In this document: positions 9,709 to 19,794 of the stretch, in pieces | Layout of the letters: every line of letters begins with the position of its first letter | Position numbering within the stretch: the first letter of the stretch is position 1 | NCBI GenBank assembly: GCA_964291405.2 | Contig: OZ219926.1 | Location: forward strand, 864,001-928,000 | Length of the DNA stretch: 64,000 bases | Reading direction: 5' to 3' | Origin: Thermodesulfobacteriota bacterium | Lineage (GTDB): Bacteria > Desulfobacterota > Binatia > Bin18 | Position numbers and translations under genes: made by a program | Notes under the pieces: generated by a model | What the model was told of the DNA's origin: nothing | The model's input: the letters and a program-made list of their open reading frames with translations, nothing else | The model's database searches: none

Positions 9709-10434
9709 GTGAAAGGTCGTATACGTCTTTTTGCCGCCTGGGCAGTCCACGCCTACACGGCTTCCGGGGTCATCGCTGGATTTCTCTCCCTCCAGGCTAT
9801 TTTTCTGAGCAAACCTCGGCAGGCCTTTGTCTGGATGTTAGTCGCAGTACTCATTGATGCGACCGATGGCGTTCTGGCGAGAGCTGTTCAGGTGAAACGG
9901 GTTGTACCCTGGTTTGACGGCGCCAAGTTGGATGACATTGTTGACTATTTTACCTACGTTATTATCCCCGCCGTTTTTCTCTACCAGTTTCAGTTACTTC
10001 CGGCTTCTGGAACGCTGCTCTTCGTGGCAGCGTTGCTCCTTTCCAGCGCGTATGGTTTTTGTCAGGCCGAGGCCAAAACACAGGATTTCTTTTTTACCGG
10101 TTTTCCCTCCTACTGGAATATTGTGGCGTTCTATCTCTACGCAGGCGGGACGCCCATTTGGCTGAACGGTAGCTTAGTGCTCCTCCTTGCCATAGGTGTC
10201 TTTATCCCTATTCGCTATATTTACCCGACGCGTACCGTTCGCCTGCGTCTCCTAACGAATGTGCTTGGCGCCATTTGGGTTGGCGTCCTTCTCCTTCTGC
10301 TATCCCAGCTCCCTCAGGCCCATCCCTGGCTCGTCGTTGCCTCTCTCTACTACCCCCTCTACTACACCACCCTCTCCTTCTACGTCCACTTCACCACCTC
10401 ATCCCCTTCTTCAAAATCTCCGACTCGGACTTGA
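9709..10434 (+). CDS. pcs: Phosphatidylcholine synthase-like CDP-alcohol phosphatidyltransferase
   Basis: VHAYTASG, DATDGVLAR..FDGAKLDDIVDY, FTGFPSYWN; GTG start inferred. Confidence 0.8.
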   Translation: MKGRIRLFAAWAVHAYTASGVIAGFLSLQAIFLSKPRQAFVWMLVAVLIDATDGVLARAVQVKRVVPWFDGAKLDDIVDYFTYVIIPAVFLYQFQLLPASGTLLFVAALLLSSAYGFCQAEAKTQDFFFTGFPSYWNIVAFYLYAGGTPIWLNGSLVLLLAIGVFIPIRYIYPTRTVRLRLLTNVLGAIWVGVLLLLLSQLPQAHPWLVVASLYYPLYYTTLSFYVHFTTSSPSSKSPTRT

Positions 10435-10489
10435 CAGCCAGAAAATCAGACACATCTTTCTGATAAGGCTCACTAGAGGGGCAGAACAG

Positions 10490-10978
10490 ATGGAGATAAC
10501 AAAAGACCGCGAGGAAAAGGCATCGGCTCTCTTATACAGAGGCTATCAGGCCCAAAGACAAGGCGACCTAGGGGAAGCCATGCGCTTCTATCAGGAGTCC
10601 ATCCAACTGCATCCGACCGCAGAGGCGCATACTTCTCTCGGTTGGACGTATGGTTTTCTCCGTCGTTACGAAGACGCAATTGAAGAATGCCGCACCGCCA
10701 TTGCCCTCAATCCCGAGTTTGGCAATCCGTACAACGACATTGGTCTTTATCTCATGAGGATGGGTAAGCTGGACGCCGCCGTCCCATGGTTAGAGCACGC
10801 GATAGAGGCGACCCATTATGACACGCCTCATTATCCATATCTGAACCTGGGCCGGATTGCTCTCGCAAAGGGGGATCTCCTCCAGGCCGCCCGAGAATTT
10901 GGGCGAGCGCTTACGGCCGAGCCCCGCTCACTGACTGCTCGCCGAACCCTTGCCGCCCTTTCCGCTCAATTAAACTAA
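10490..10978 (+). CDS. TPR repeat protein
   Basis: TPR helices (AEAHTSLGW, GNPYNDIG, PYLNLG). Confidence 0.85.
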   Translation: MEITKDREEKASALLYRGYQAQRQGDLGEAMRFYQESIQLHPTAEAHTSLGWTYGFLRRYEDAIEECRTAIALNPEFGNPYNDIGLYLMRMGKLDAAVPWLEHAIEATHYDTPHYPYLNLGRIALAKGDLLQAAREFGRALTAEPRSLTARRTLAALSAQLN

Positions 10979-11056
10979 ACGCACCCATCCCTCTCGCCTG
11001 ACCAGGCGAAAGGCACGACTCATCGTCAAAAGAGAATTTCGTCCCCTCTCGCGCTG

Positions 11057-11802
11057 CTAGCGGAGCAGAGAATTGGGTCGATTCAACATGAATGGCACGA
11101 TGTCGACAGCGGGTCTGCGACGACGTCTTTCCGGAGAAGACAAGAGGAGCGGACCGAGGATGAGACCGCCCAGAAAACCACCGATATGGGCTCCCCAGGC
11201 AATAGGGGTCGATGAAAAGAAAGCGGTCTCTCCAATAGCGTATACAGAGATAGCACCGATCACATGAAAGAAAACCCAGCCACCCAAGAAGAGGATCGTA
11301 GAAGCTCCCTCAAGAGGCCGAGGGGGGGATGTGCGGTGGTAGCGGGCTCCTGGGGTGAGAAAAAAACTAGACAATAGACACCGGCGACGGCTGCAATCGC
11401 CCCACTCGCGCCTATCATTGGAGTTGAGGAAAACGGCGTAATCGCCGCCTGGGTTAACAGGGCGATAACGTTGCCACACAAATATAACGCCAGGTAGCGG
11501 AATGCTCCTAACCGCGCCTCTACGGCGTTCCCGAGAAAAAACAGGCAGAGAAGATTGCCAACCAGATGAAGCCCACCCCCATGCAGGAAGAGACAGGCAA
11601 AAAGCGAGGAAGAGACGGGGAATTGGCCCTGCGTTAGCGCCAGAGAAAATTGTGCGGGAATCCAGCCATAGGTCGTCAGGAAAGGTTGGAATGCCGGGCC
11701 GAGTGTGAGCTCATAGGCAAAACAACACAGCATCGCTCCCATGAGAACGTGATTCGCCCACGGGAAACCTGCGCCCTGGCGTTCTTCTTCGAGGTAGTGC
11801 AC
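11057..11802 (-). pseudogene. Rhomboid intramembrane serine protease, split by a 1-nt frameshift
   Basis: FLHGG..HLVGN and GASG in ORF 11260-11802; WGAHIGGF in ORF 11057-11479; T7 run at 11360-11366. Confidence 0.8.
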
Positions 11803-11945
11803 GCTCCTGATCCTAGCTCAGGTTTTCTCTCACCAGCGTATTCCACCACATCCTCCAATTGTTCCATCCACTCGTCCAAGCACGGTGAAGTAGAATTTTT
11901 CTATAGCACCTCCAGCAGAGGTGTGATAGGGGGAGAAAAGACATC

Positions 11946-12281
11946 ATGCCGATCTACGAATACTACTGCCGGGCGTGCAACAGGCAACAAAGTCTCCTTT
12001 TTATGAAGATAGGAGACGTCCAGAAATCTCCTCGGTGTCAATACTGCAAGCAACGCCGCCTCACCCGACTGCTCTCCGGTTTTGCCTATCATCAGGGTGA
12101 AGAGGCTCGACTCAAGAATCTGGACACCAAGGCCCCCAGAGACGAAGCATTCTACCGCGACAACCGCAACGTGGGCCTGTGGGCAAAGAAACGAGCAAGA
12201 GAAATGGGCGTTGATCTTGGCTCTCAGTTTGATGAGACGGTAGAAAAGGCCCGCAGTGGTAAAATTCTCGATGATCGCTAG
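11946..12281 (+). CDS. FmdB-family zinc ribbon protein
   Basis: MPIYEYYCRAC...CQYC. Confidence 0.85.
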   Translation: MPIYEYYCRACNRQQSLLFMKIGDVQKSPRCQYCKQRRLTRLLSGFAYHQGEEARLKNLDTKAPRDEAFYRDNRNVGLWAKKRAREMGVDLGSQFDETVEKARSGKILDDR

Positions 12282-12318
12282 CCTGTCTTGATCCTCTTGA
12301 TTGTTAGGCTGACCAAAC

Positions 12319-12585
12319 ATGCTCCGTGCGGCACGCGATCAGCTCTGGCGCCTTTGCCGGATCGTTAGTGGGATTGTTCTCCTGCTTGTGGGCCTCTTTC
12401 TCAGCCTGCCCGGCATTCCCGGTCCGGGTATTGTGTTAATTTTTGTCGGCTTTGGGATTCTGAGTCGAGATTTTGAGTGGGCCAAGCGCTGGCACCTCCG
12501 TCTCAAAGACACGGCTCAGCAGATTATCAACCGTCGAAAAACGGCCAAGCGCCAAGATCAGGTAGCAACCGGACAAAAAGAGTAA
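12319..12585 (+). CDS. PGPGW-type small membrane protein
   Basis: TM hairpin with IPGPG and EWAKR. Confidence 0.75.
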   Translation: MLRAARDQLWRLCRIVSGIVLLLVGLFLSLPGIPGPGIVLIFVGFGILSRDFEWAKRWHLRLKDTAQQIINRRKTAKRQDQVATGQKE

Positions 12586-12641
12586 ACGTGTCCTCCACTA
12601 GACATGAGATGCTGGACACGTTTACTCTTTTGAGGCCAGCC

Positions 12642-13250
12642 ATGATTAAGCTCTACGATTTTCCCCTGTCTCCCCGCGCGCGCAAGGTGCGGATCACCCT
12701 TGAGTCAAAGGGGCTGGAGTATGAAAAGATCCCGATTGACATCACCAAGGGAGAGCAGAAAACGCCTGAATATCTGGCAGTTAACCCCTATGGGAAAGTC
12801 CCCGCGCTCCAGGACAATGGGACAACGGTCTATGAGTCCACCATTATCATGGAATACTTGAACGACACCTACCCTGCCCCGCCATTGCTTCCGGACGATG
12901 TCGGACAGCGAGCCCGAGCCCGCGTCCTCATGCATTATGCCGATAACCCGTATGAGCACGCCGTAGCAACCCTTGCCGCAGAGCTCCTGCTCAAACCCCT
13001 GCAGGGCGGTACCGCTGACCACGAAGTCGTCTCGCAAGCAAATGCGGCTCTGAACCTGTGCTTCGATCACCTTACAAACGAGCTTGGCAACAATGATTTT
13101 CTGGTCGGCTCTACATTGACCCTGGCAGATATCCCGTACGTGTCGTGGGCCCTCCTGTTTCCCAGGTTAAATGTCGATATTCCGCATCCTAGGCTTGAGG
13201 CGTGGATCAACCGACTCAAAGAGCAGCCGAGCGTACAGGCGGCGGGCTGA
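12642..13250 (+). CDS. Glutathione S-transferase family protein
   Basis: SPRARKVR, NPYGKVPAL, ESTIIMEYL, TLADI. Confidence 0.9.
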   Translation: MIKLYDFPLSPRARKVRITLESKGLEYEKIPIDITKGEQKTPEYLAVNPYGKVPALQDNGTTVYESTIIMEYLNDTYPAPPLLPDDVGQRARARVLMHYADNPYEHAVATLAAELLLKPLQGGTADHEVVSQANAALNLCFDHLTNELGNNDFLVGSTLTLADIPYVSWALLFPRLNVDIPHPRLEAWINRLKEQPSVQAAG

Positions 13251-13306
13251 GACCGGGGGTGAAGCCAGACACAACGCTCCTTCATTCCCAATCCCTCCGA
13301 GGTATT

Positions 13307-13981
13307 ATGTTTAGCGGCATTATTGAAACAACCGGAACCATCACGAAGATCGACACCATTGCCGAAGGTGTTCGCCTCAGGCTGCAAACCAATCTTCTCA
13401 CCCAAGAGATCAGTCTGGGCGAGAGCATTTGCACCAATGGTGCCTGCTTAACCGTGACCGCAATTGAGGCAGATCAACTCAGCTTTGACGTTTCAGCGGA
13501 GTCACTGCGACGCACGACCCTGGGAGAACTCCAAGTTGGCGATAGCGTGAATCTGGAACGCTCACTCCGACTTGAGGACCGTCTGTCCGGCCATCTGGTC
13601 TGGGGTCATGTTGACGGAGTTGGACACGTCACATCCATTCAGCCGGAAGGCGATTCGTTTCTCTATACCTTCGCAATTCCTGCCGAACTTAGTCGCTACC
13701 TGGTGGAGAAAGGCTCGGTGGCAGTTGATGGGATTAGTCTGACGGTCTTTGATTGTCAGCCCACAGCATTTACCTGTGCCATTATCCCCCACACCCACAC
13801 CGTCACCACGCTGCATCAGCGCAATCCTGGTGATCGGGTCAATATCGAGGGGGATATGCAGGGGAAATATATTGAGAAGTTCGTCCAGGACGTGCTCGAA
13901 GGGATGTTGTCCGCACCCCTCCAATCCATTCGGGACGAGGTAGCCGCCCTCCGTAAGCAGATCGAACAAAAAGCCGGCTAG
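13307..13981 (+). CDS. ribE: Riboflavin synthase alpha chain
   Basis: MFSGII N-terminus, NGACLTV, GHLVWGHVDG, DGISLTV. Confidence 0.93.
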   Translation: MFSGIIETTGTITKIDTIAEGVRLRLQTNLLTQEISLGESICTNGACLTVTAIEADQLSFDVSAESLRRTTLGELQVGDSVNLERSLRLEDRLSGHLVWGHVDGVGHVTSIQPEGDSFLYTFAIPAELSRYLVEKGSVAVDGISLTVFDCQPTAFTCAIIPHTHTVTTLHQRNPGDRVNIEGDMQGKYIEKFVQDVLEGMLSAPLQSIRDEVAALRKQIEQKAG

Positions 13982-14116
13982 GGTCGGAGCCTGTCTTTTC
14001 TTCGACGGCATTTTCGCCCTCCCCGCTCTGCCTGAGCAGTGGGTAGCCTCCCATTCAGATTGCCCACTCCCTCCTGCTCGGATAAGAAGAGCGCTCAGGC
14101 ATCAGAGGGGGAACCT

Positions 14117-16282
14117 ATGGCCGATACCACTGCCCGCACTATTGTCCAACACGCAAAAGAGCAGCATCGTTTGGCGCTGACCGAAAGAGAGGCAAAGGTC
14201 TTAGTTCAATCGGCCGGCATCCCTACCGTACGAACGGAGCTGGCCCGAACCGCCGAGGAGGCTATTACACTCGCCCGAGATATGGGGTTCCCGGTTGCGC
14301 TCAAGATCAGCTCAGCCGACGTCGCCCATAAAAGCGATATCGGTGGCGTGCAACTCAACCTCGCCACCGAAGCCGCCGTCCACCGTGCGTTTAATGACAT
14401 CGTGACCTCTGTCCGCAAGACACAGCCTGCCGCGGCCATCGAAGGCGTCTCGGTTCAACCTATGGCCCAACCTGGGGTTGAGGTCATTATCGGCCTGACA
14501 TCCGATCCACAGTTCGGCCCGCTCATCATGTTTGGCCTGGGTGGGGTGCATGTCGAGGTGCTCAAAGATGTGGCGTTCCGGGTGGCGCCGCTCCGCCCGC
14601 AGGACGCCGCTCGCATGATCCGTGAAATCAGCGGATTTCCGTTGCTCACCGGTCATCGCGGTCAAACCGCAGTTGACCTGGCCGCTCTGGAGCAGACCCT
14701 CCTCTCTCTGTCGGCCTTAGCCGAGGCTCAGCCGGATATTCAGGAACTCGACCTCAACCCTGTTTTTGCTTACGAGGACGGCTGTCTCGCCGTTGATGCC
14801 CACGTCGTCCTCCACGCTGAGGGTCCCCGCGCCCTGCCCCGCCCGCTGTCGGACGAGACGCGGGCGGCCTTGGCGCGCACGTTTCATCCGCGTGCGGTTG
14901 CCGTGGTCGGCGATAAACGCGCCATGAATTACCTGTGGCTACGGAGCCAGGCGACCTTCGAGGGGAAAGTCTATTCCGTCCAGATTGACGAACGGGAGAT
15001 CCGGGGCATTACGGATTTGGGGATTCCCAATTACCCCAGCCTGGAGTCGATTCCGGACGAGATCGACTATGTCATCACCGCGGTTCCCCGTCAGGTCGCG
15101 CCGCATATTGTCGCGGAGTGTGCCGCAAAAAAGGTCGCTGGGGTGATGCTCTTCACCTCGGGCTTCTCCGAAGTCCACGACGAAGAGGGCCAACGCTTAG
15201 AACAGATAGTGACCAAAACCGCACGAGAGGCCGGACTCGCCCTGATCGGTCCGAACTGCATGGGCATCTACCATCCAAAAATCGGCCTCCGCAATTACCC
15301 CGACCTGCCGGCTGGGGAACCGGGCTCAATCGGGTTTATCGGCCAGAGTGGTACCCACACGATCACCTTTAGTATGGCGGCCGCCAGTCATGGACTGCGT
15401 GTGAGCAAGGCCGTCAGTTTTGGGAATGCGACAGTCCTTGATGCCAGTGACTACCTCGACTATCTCGCGCACGACGACGAAACGGAAATTATCGGTATGT
15501 ACCTTGAGGGAGTACGAGAAGGGCGCCGCTTCTTTACCCTACTCCGTGAGATCACGCCCCACAAACCAGTTGTTATTTGGAAGGGTGGCCAGACAGAGGC
15601 CGGCCAGCGGGCCACCTCGTCACACACCGGCTCACTCGCCGTCCCCGCTACCATATGGGCGTCCATGGCCCGTCAGGCCGGAGCCATATCCGTGAGCAGT
15701 TTTGATGAATTGCTTGATGTCATCAAGCTGTTGCGGTTTACCAAGCCAGCAACCGGAGACGGAGTGGGGCTGATTGCCATGACCGGAGGTCCTTCGGTCA
15801 GTCTCACCGATGCCTGTGCCGCTGCCGGTCTCCGCGTTCCCCCACTCAGCGATGCCTCTTACGAAGAACTGTCTTCGTTCTTTAACGTCATTGGCGGCAG
15901 CTTTCGCAACCCACTCGATTCCGGTCATACGATTGGGATGGGTCAGAGGACCGATACCCTGGAACGGCTACTCTCCATCCTTGACCGTGACCCGCATATT
16001 GATGCGATTGTCATGGATACGGGGGCCGGCTTGGTGGCCGGGCAGTGGGAAGCCCGTCCCCAAACTCTGACGACCCTGCTCGACACCCTGAGTCGCTTTG
16101 CCGCGCATTCAGCAAAGCCCTTTTTTGTTGTGCTCCAGCCCTTTGCCCATGAAGCGAGTCTGCTCCACGCCCGAGCCCAGTTTCATCAACGTGGTATCGC
16201 GACCGTAGCCACCCATGAGCGGGCTGCCGCAGCCCTCCGTCTTGTGACAGACTATCATCGCATCCACTCCGCTTCCGCGTGA
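14117..16282 (+). CDS. ADP-forming acyl-CoA synthetase, ATP-grasp domain N-terminal
   Basis: HKSDIGGV, FGPLIMFGLGG, ELDLNP, then GPNCMG and SHTGSLA (phospho-His). Confidence 0.88.
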   Translation: MADTTARTIVQHAKEQHRLALTEREAKVLVQSAGIPTVRTELARTAEEAITLARDMGFPVALKISSADVAHKSDIGGVQLNLATEAAVHRAFNDIVTSVRKTQPAAAIEGVSVQPMAQPGVEVIIGLTSDPQFGPLIMFGLGGVHVEVLKDVAFRVAPLRPQDAARMIREISGFPLLTGHRGQTAVDLAALEQTLLSLSALAEAQPDIQELDLNPVFAYEDGCLAVDAHVVLHAEGPRALPRPLSDETRAALARTFHPRAVAVVGDKRAMNYLWLRSQATFEGKVYSVQIDEREIRGITDLGIPNYPSLESIPDEIDYVITAVPRQVAPHIVAECAAKKVAGVMLFTSGFSEVHDEEGQRLEQIVTKTAREAGLALIGPNCMGIYHPKIGLRNYPDLPAGEPGSIGFIGQSGTHTITFSMAAASHGLRVSKAVSFGNATVLDASDYLDYLAHDDETEIIGMYLEGVREGRRFFTLLREITPHKPVVIWKGGQTEAGQRATSSHTGSLAVPATIWASMARQAGAISVSSFDELLDVIKLLRFTKPATGDGVGLIAMTGGPSVSLTDACAAAGLRVPPLSDASYEELSSFFNVIGGSFRNPLDSGHTIGMGQRTDTLERLLSILDRDPHIDAIVMDTGAGLVAGQWEARPQTLTTLLDTLSRFAAHSAKPFFVVLQPFAHEASLLHARAQFHQRGIATVATHERAAAALRLVTDYHRIHSASA

Positions 16283-16497
16283 TAGCGCGCTTCGCTCTCA
16301 TCACGAACCGATTGTTCCGGGTGAGATGACGGCTCCGATCAATACCTCCTCGCACGGATCACCATACAGGTGTGCTGCCTCACCTGTGTCTGTAATTGAC
16401 CTGCCCGAAATGATGCGATAGCAGTGTGGGGCTCGCGGTGCGGGTCCGTTCTTTACCTGCTACTCGCCCGCTTTGGACATGATGCAAGGAGGAGACG

Positions 16498-16851
16498 ATG
16501 ACATACATCATCACGAGACTATGCCGGGACTGCGTCGACACAGGCTGTGTGGCCGTTTGTCCGGTTGACTGCATTTATAAATATACTGGCGATGATACCG
16601 AAAAATACCCGAACCAACTCTATATTCATCCGGACGAATGTATTGACTGTGGGGCGTGTGAGCCCGAATGCCCCTGGCAGGCTATTTTTGAGGAAGTTGC
16701 TGTACCCGACGTGTTTGAATCCGACACTCCGCTCAACTACGCAATGGTTGATGACGAAGCAGATTTTGAGGTCGCCGGTCATGAGAAAATAGAACACCCC
16801 ACCTCGGATGAGATTGCCGAGAACAAGCAGAAGTGGGGGTGGGACGGCTGA
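16498..16851 (+). CDS. Ferredoxin (FdxA-like dicluster)
   Basis: [22 protein letters not shown]; RBS AGGAGG. Confidence 0.92.
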   Translation: MTYIITRLCRDCVDTGCVAVCPVDCIYKYTGDDTEKYPNQLYIHPDECIDCGACEPECPWQAIFEEVAVPDVFESDTPLNYAMVDDEADFEVAGHEKIEHPTSDEIAENKQKWGWDG

Positions 16852-16881
16852 CGTCCGGGAACACAGTAGTGAAAGAAAACG

Positions 16882-16912
16882 AAAGAGGGCAGCCATGATG
16901 GCTGCCCTCTTT
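16882..16912. terminator. Bidirectional terminator between convergent genes
   Basis: Perfect 15-bp inverted repeat AAAGAGGGCAGCCAT-G-ATGGCTGCCCTCTTT. Confidence 0.75.
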
Positions 16913-16938
16913 ACGCATATCCTTTCCGCACAGTTCGG

Positions 16939-17550
16939 CTATGCACTCCGCTTTAATTCTTCTTCAACCAAGACCAGCCGGTCATTCCCGAAAAACATGG
17001 AGTCGCCGTTGACATAGATCGTCGGCGTCCCGAATCCGCCGCGTTCGATCACCGCGTCCGTATTCGCCCGAACCCGATCTTTATAGTCCTGACGTTTGAT
17101 CTTGTCGAAGTACTCTTCTTCATCAAGGCCGACTGCTGCGACGATCTTCCGCAGCACCTCATCCTGGCTGATGTCCTGATCCTCGCCCCAGTAGGTCTCA
17201 AACACCCGATAGCTATAGGGTAGAAACTTTCCAGGATGTTCGAGCGCGACGAGTGCGCCACGCAGTGCCTTGACCGAATTCACCGGAAAAACAGAGGGGG
17301 GCATGACAATTTTCAGGCCATAGTAGCGTGCCCAGTCGCTCATATCCTTTGCCATATACTGTTGCTTGGCGGGCACCCCCTTTTCCCGGAACTCATACAC
17401 CGAAGGATTGACCGTATTGAACACTCCGCCCACCAGAAACGGACGCCACTGAAGGTCGGCATTGTATTTGCGGCACAGCCCATCGATCTTGGTGAACGCC
17501 AGATAGGTCCATGGACTGGAGTAATCATAAAAAAATTCTACGGTGGCCAT
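16939..17550 (-). CDS. 2-hydroxychromene-2-carboxylate isomerase / kappa-class GST (DsbA-like)
   Basis: FFYDYSSPWTY, RGGFGTPT, FFGNDRL. Confidence 0.88.
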   Translation of the reverse strand: MATVEFFYDYSSPWTYLAFTKIDGLCRKYNADLQWRPFLVGGVFNTVNPSVYEFREKGVPAKQQYMAKDMSDWARYYGLKIVMPPSVFPVNSVKALRGALVALEHPGKFLPYSYRVFETYWGEDQDISQDEVLRKIVAAVGLDEEEYFDKIKRQDYKDRVRANTDAVIERGGFGTPTIYVNGDSMFFGNDRLVLVEEELKRSA

Positions 17551-17574
17551 AGCATCCTCCCTGAATCGTACCCG

Positions 17575-18324
17575 TTAAGACAGCAGAAACTCGACTAATA
17601 ATTCGTTAAACGCATCGGCGTAGAAGAGATGAATATTATGTCTTCCGTCTGGAAACACGTGTAAGCGCGACCCGGCGATCCCCTGCTGTAAGACATGTGC
17701 ATGAAAGGGCGGTACCAGGGGATCTTTGCCCCCATGTATCAGAAAGGTGGGGCAGGTAATCTGCGCGAGGCGATCCCGGCACAAATCGCCACCCGCTTTC
17801 AACAGCATCTGCTGGGCGTCACACCAATGAGCCCACAGATCTTGAAATTCATCTCCATACATCGCCTGCATCGGTGCTGCCGTGCGTGGAGACCAATCTG
17901 CCACGCGGCGCGTTTTCTCGTAGGCATCAATATCCTCCTGGGAAACGTAGGCATTGCCACCCCAGAGCGCCATCTTGGTCACCCGTTGCGGATAGGCCAA
18001 GGTCAGTAATAAACTCGTAATCGCGCCGTCGCTCCATCCACCAACGGCGTAGGTCGAGCAGCCGAGCGTCTCCATCAGGGCCACGAAATCCTTGGCGTCC
18101 TGCTGATAGAAATCGGGCGGAAACTCGCGGGCGGGCGGACGGGATTGGCCGTAGCCGCGCGGGTCGGGCGCAATCACCCGGATACCGCGCCGGGGGAGGG
18201 CCTCTAATTGTGGAGCGAAATCCGATTGTCCGGTTCCCAGCGCTCCGGGCAGTAAGAGGAAGGGCCGCCCATTCCCAATATCTTCATAATGGAGTCTGAC
18301 TCCGCGTATGTCTGCGTATGGCAT
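17575..18324 (-). CDS. Alpha/beta hydrolase (valacyclovir hydrolase-like)
   Basis: LLPGALG, DPRGYG, GWSDG nucleophile, D-P-L-V, GRHN. Confidence 0.88.
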   Translation of the reverse strand: MPYADIRGVRLHYEDIGNGRPFLLLPGALGTGQSDFAPQLEALPRRGIRVIAPDPRGYGQSRPPAREFPPDFYQQDAKDFVALMETLGCSTYAVGGWSDGAITSLLLTLAYPQRVTKMALWGGNAYVSQEDIDAYEKTRRVADWSPRTAAPMQAMYGDEFQDLWAHWCDAQQMLLKAGGDLCRDRLAQITCPTFLIHGGKDPLVPPFHAHVLQQGIAGSRLHVFPDGRHNIHLFYADAFNELLVEFLLS

Positions 18325-18474
18325 GCGTCCTCCGCACAGTAACGTTGCCCGCTGTGATACCACGCCCGTCAGCAAGAGAGAAGCCGGCTTGCCCTTGCAG
18401 CCGTCCCCTATCTCTGACACAACCAACCCAGCGATATTCTCCGCAAGGCCATTCTCCACAAATATAGAGGACAC

Positions 18475-19071
18475 ATGAAAACCATTGGACTTACCGGCGG
18501 GATCGGCTCAGGTAAAAGTACAGTCTCCAATATCCTGGCCACGCTTGGTGCCCATATTATTGACGCGGACATCGTCGGGCATGAAATCTATCTACCGGGC
18601 AAGGCCGCCTGGAAACAGGTCACCGAGGCCTTCGGACAGGAAATCGTCGCGGAAGACCAAACCATAGACCGCAAAAAACTGGGAGCTATTGTCTTCAGTA
18701 GTCCTGACGTGCTCGCCCGGCTCAATGCCATCGTCCACCCGATTATGTTCGAGGAAATCCGGCAGCGTATCCAGGCCAAGCGAGCCGAAGGCTTTACCGC
18801 GCCCATTGTGGTTGAGGCGGCGATCCTGATTGAGGCCAACTGGCTGCCCCTGGCAGACACGGTCTGGGTGGTAGAGACCGACAAAGACGCGGCCATTCGC
18901 CGGGTGGCCGAGCAACGCGGCATGTCCGCCGCGGACGCTGAAGCCCGGATTGCAAATCAGCTTTCAAACGCAGAGCGTCGCAAACACGCCCAGGTTGTCA
19001 TCCATAATAACGGCTCGCTCCAGGCCCTTGAGCAGCAAATCCAACAGGCGTGGGATCAGCTCGGAGAATGA
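18475..19071 (+). CDS. coaE: Dephospho-CoA kinase
   Basis: IGLTGGIGSGKS P-loop, IDAD, LNAIVHP. Confidence 0.93.
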   Translation: MKTIGLTGGIGSGKSTVSNILATLGAHIIDADIVGHEIYLPGKAAWKQVTEAFGQEIVAEDQTIDRKKLGAIVFSSPDVLARLNAIVHPIMFEEIRQRIQAKRAEGFTAPIVVEAAILIEANWLPLADTVWVVETDKDAAIRRVAEQRGMSAADAEARIANQLSNAERRKHAQVVIHNNGSLQALEQQIQQAWDQLGE

Positions 19072-19730
19072 GCCGTATACACGCGACAGGTCTTATCTTC
19101 GATGTGGATGGAACGCTCGCCCAGTCGGTCGAGTTTTTCTATGAGATCGCCTTGGAGGTCCTTGCCCTGGCCGGTATTCCTCCAGTTCCGCGCGACCGGG
19201 TGTATGAGCTGATGCGTCGCGGAGTTGAGAATCCACTCGTCCAGCTCTTTCCCCCCGGCTATCCCAACCCAGCGGATCGTATCAAGCGTATCACCGACAG
19301 CCGTATGGACGAATGGCTGCGGCGCTATCATGAAGAGACGCAGGCGGTTCCGGGGAGTCTCGAACTTTTGCATCGCCTTCATCAACACGGCTTTCAACTC
19401 GGGATCGCCACCTCATCCGGTCGCGCCCTGCCCTTTCTTGATACCTGGGGTGTCCGTCACCTCTTTAACGGTATCGTCGGCCGGGAAGACGTCACCCATC
19501 GGAAACCCCATCCGGAACCCGTCCTGAAGTGTCTGGAACATCTACAGCTTGCCCCTCACCAGGCGGTGTATATTGGCGACTCTCCCATTGATATTCAGGC
19601 CGGTAAAGCAGCCGGTGTTGCCACCGTCGGGGTCCTCACCGGGACCAGTACCGACGCGGTCATGCGGCAGACGCAGGCGGATTATATCCTGCCGAGTATT
19701 GCTGAACTCCCCCGGCTGCTCACCATCTAG
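19068..19730 (+). CDS. HAD family hydrolase (Gph-like)
   Basis: FDVDGTL, KPHPEP, YIGDS. Confidence 0.88.
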   Translation: MSRIHATGLIFDVDGTLAQSVEFFYEIALEVLALAGIPPVPRDRVYELMRRGVENPLVQLFPPGYPNPADRIKRITDSRMDEWLRRYHEETQAVPGSLELLHRLHQHGFQLGIATSSGRALPFLDTWGVRHLFNGIVGREDVTHRKPHPEPVLKCLEHLQLAPHQAVYIGDSPIDIQAGKAAGVATVGVLTGTSTDAVMRQTQADYILPSIAELPRLLTI

Positions 19731-19794
19731 GCGTCCAGTCGGCACTCTTCGGATACCCAGACCTGCGGCAACATCTTCGGACGGCCGGCGTTCA

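Noticed and set aside
11676-11879. 67-aa minus-strand ORF overlapping the rhomboid start
   Set aside because: Overlaps the rhomboid out of frame and has no motif; cannot be supported as a gene.
13251-13306. FMN riboswitch upstream of ribE
   Set aside because: The intergenic region is only about 56 nt and lacks the RFN consensus.
16283-16497. Possible riboswitch or sRNA upstream of the ferredoxin (ACAGGTG..CACCTGT hairpin)
   Set aside because: One short stem only; no Rfam-like consensus I can recognise.
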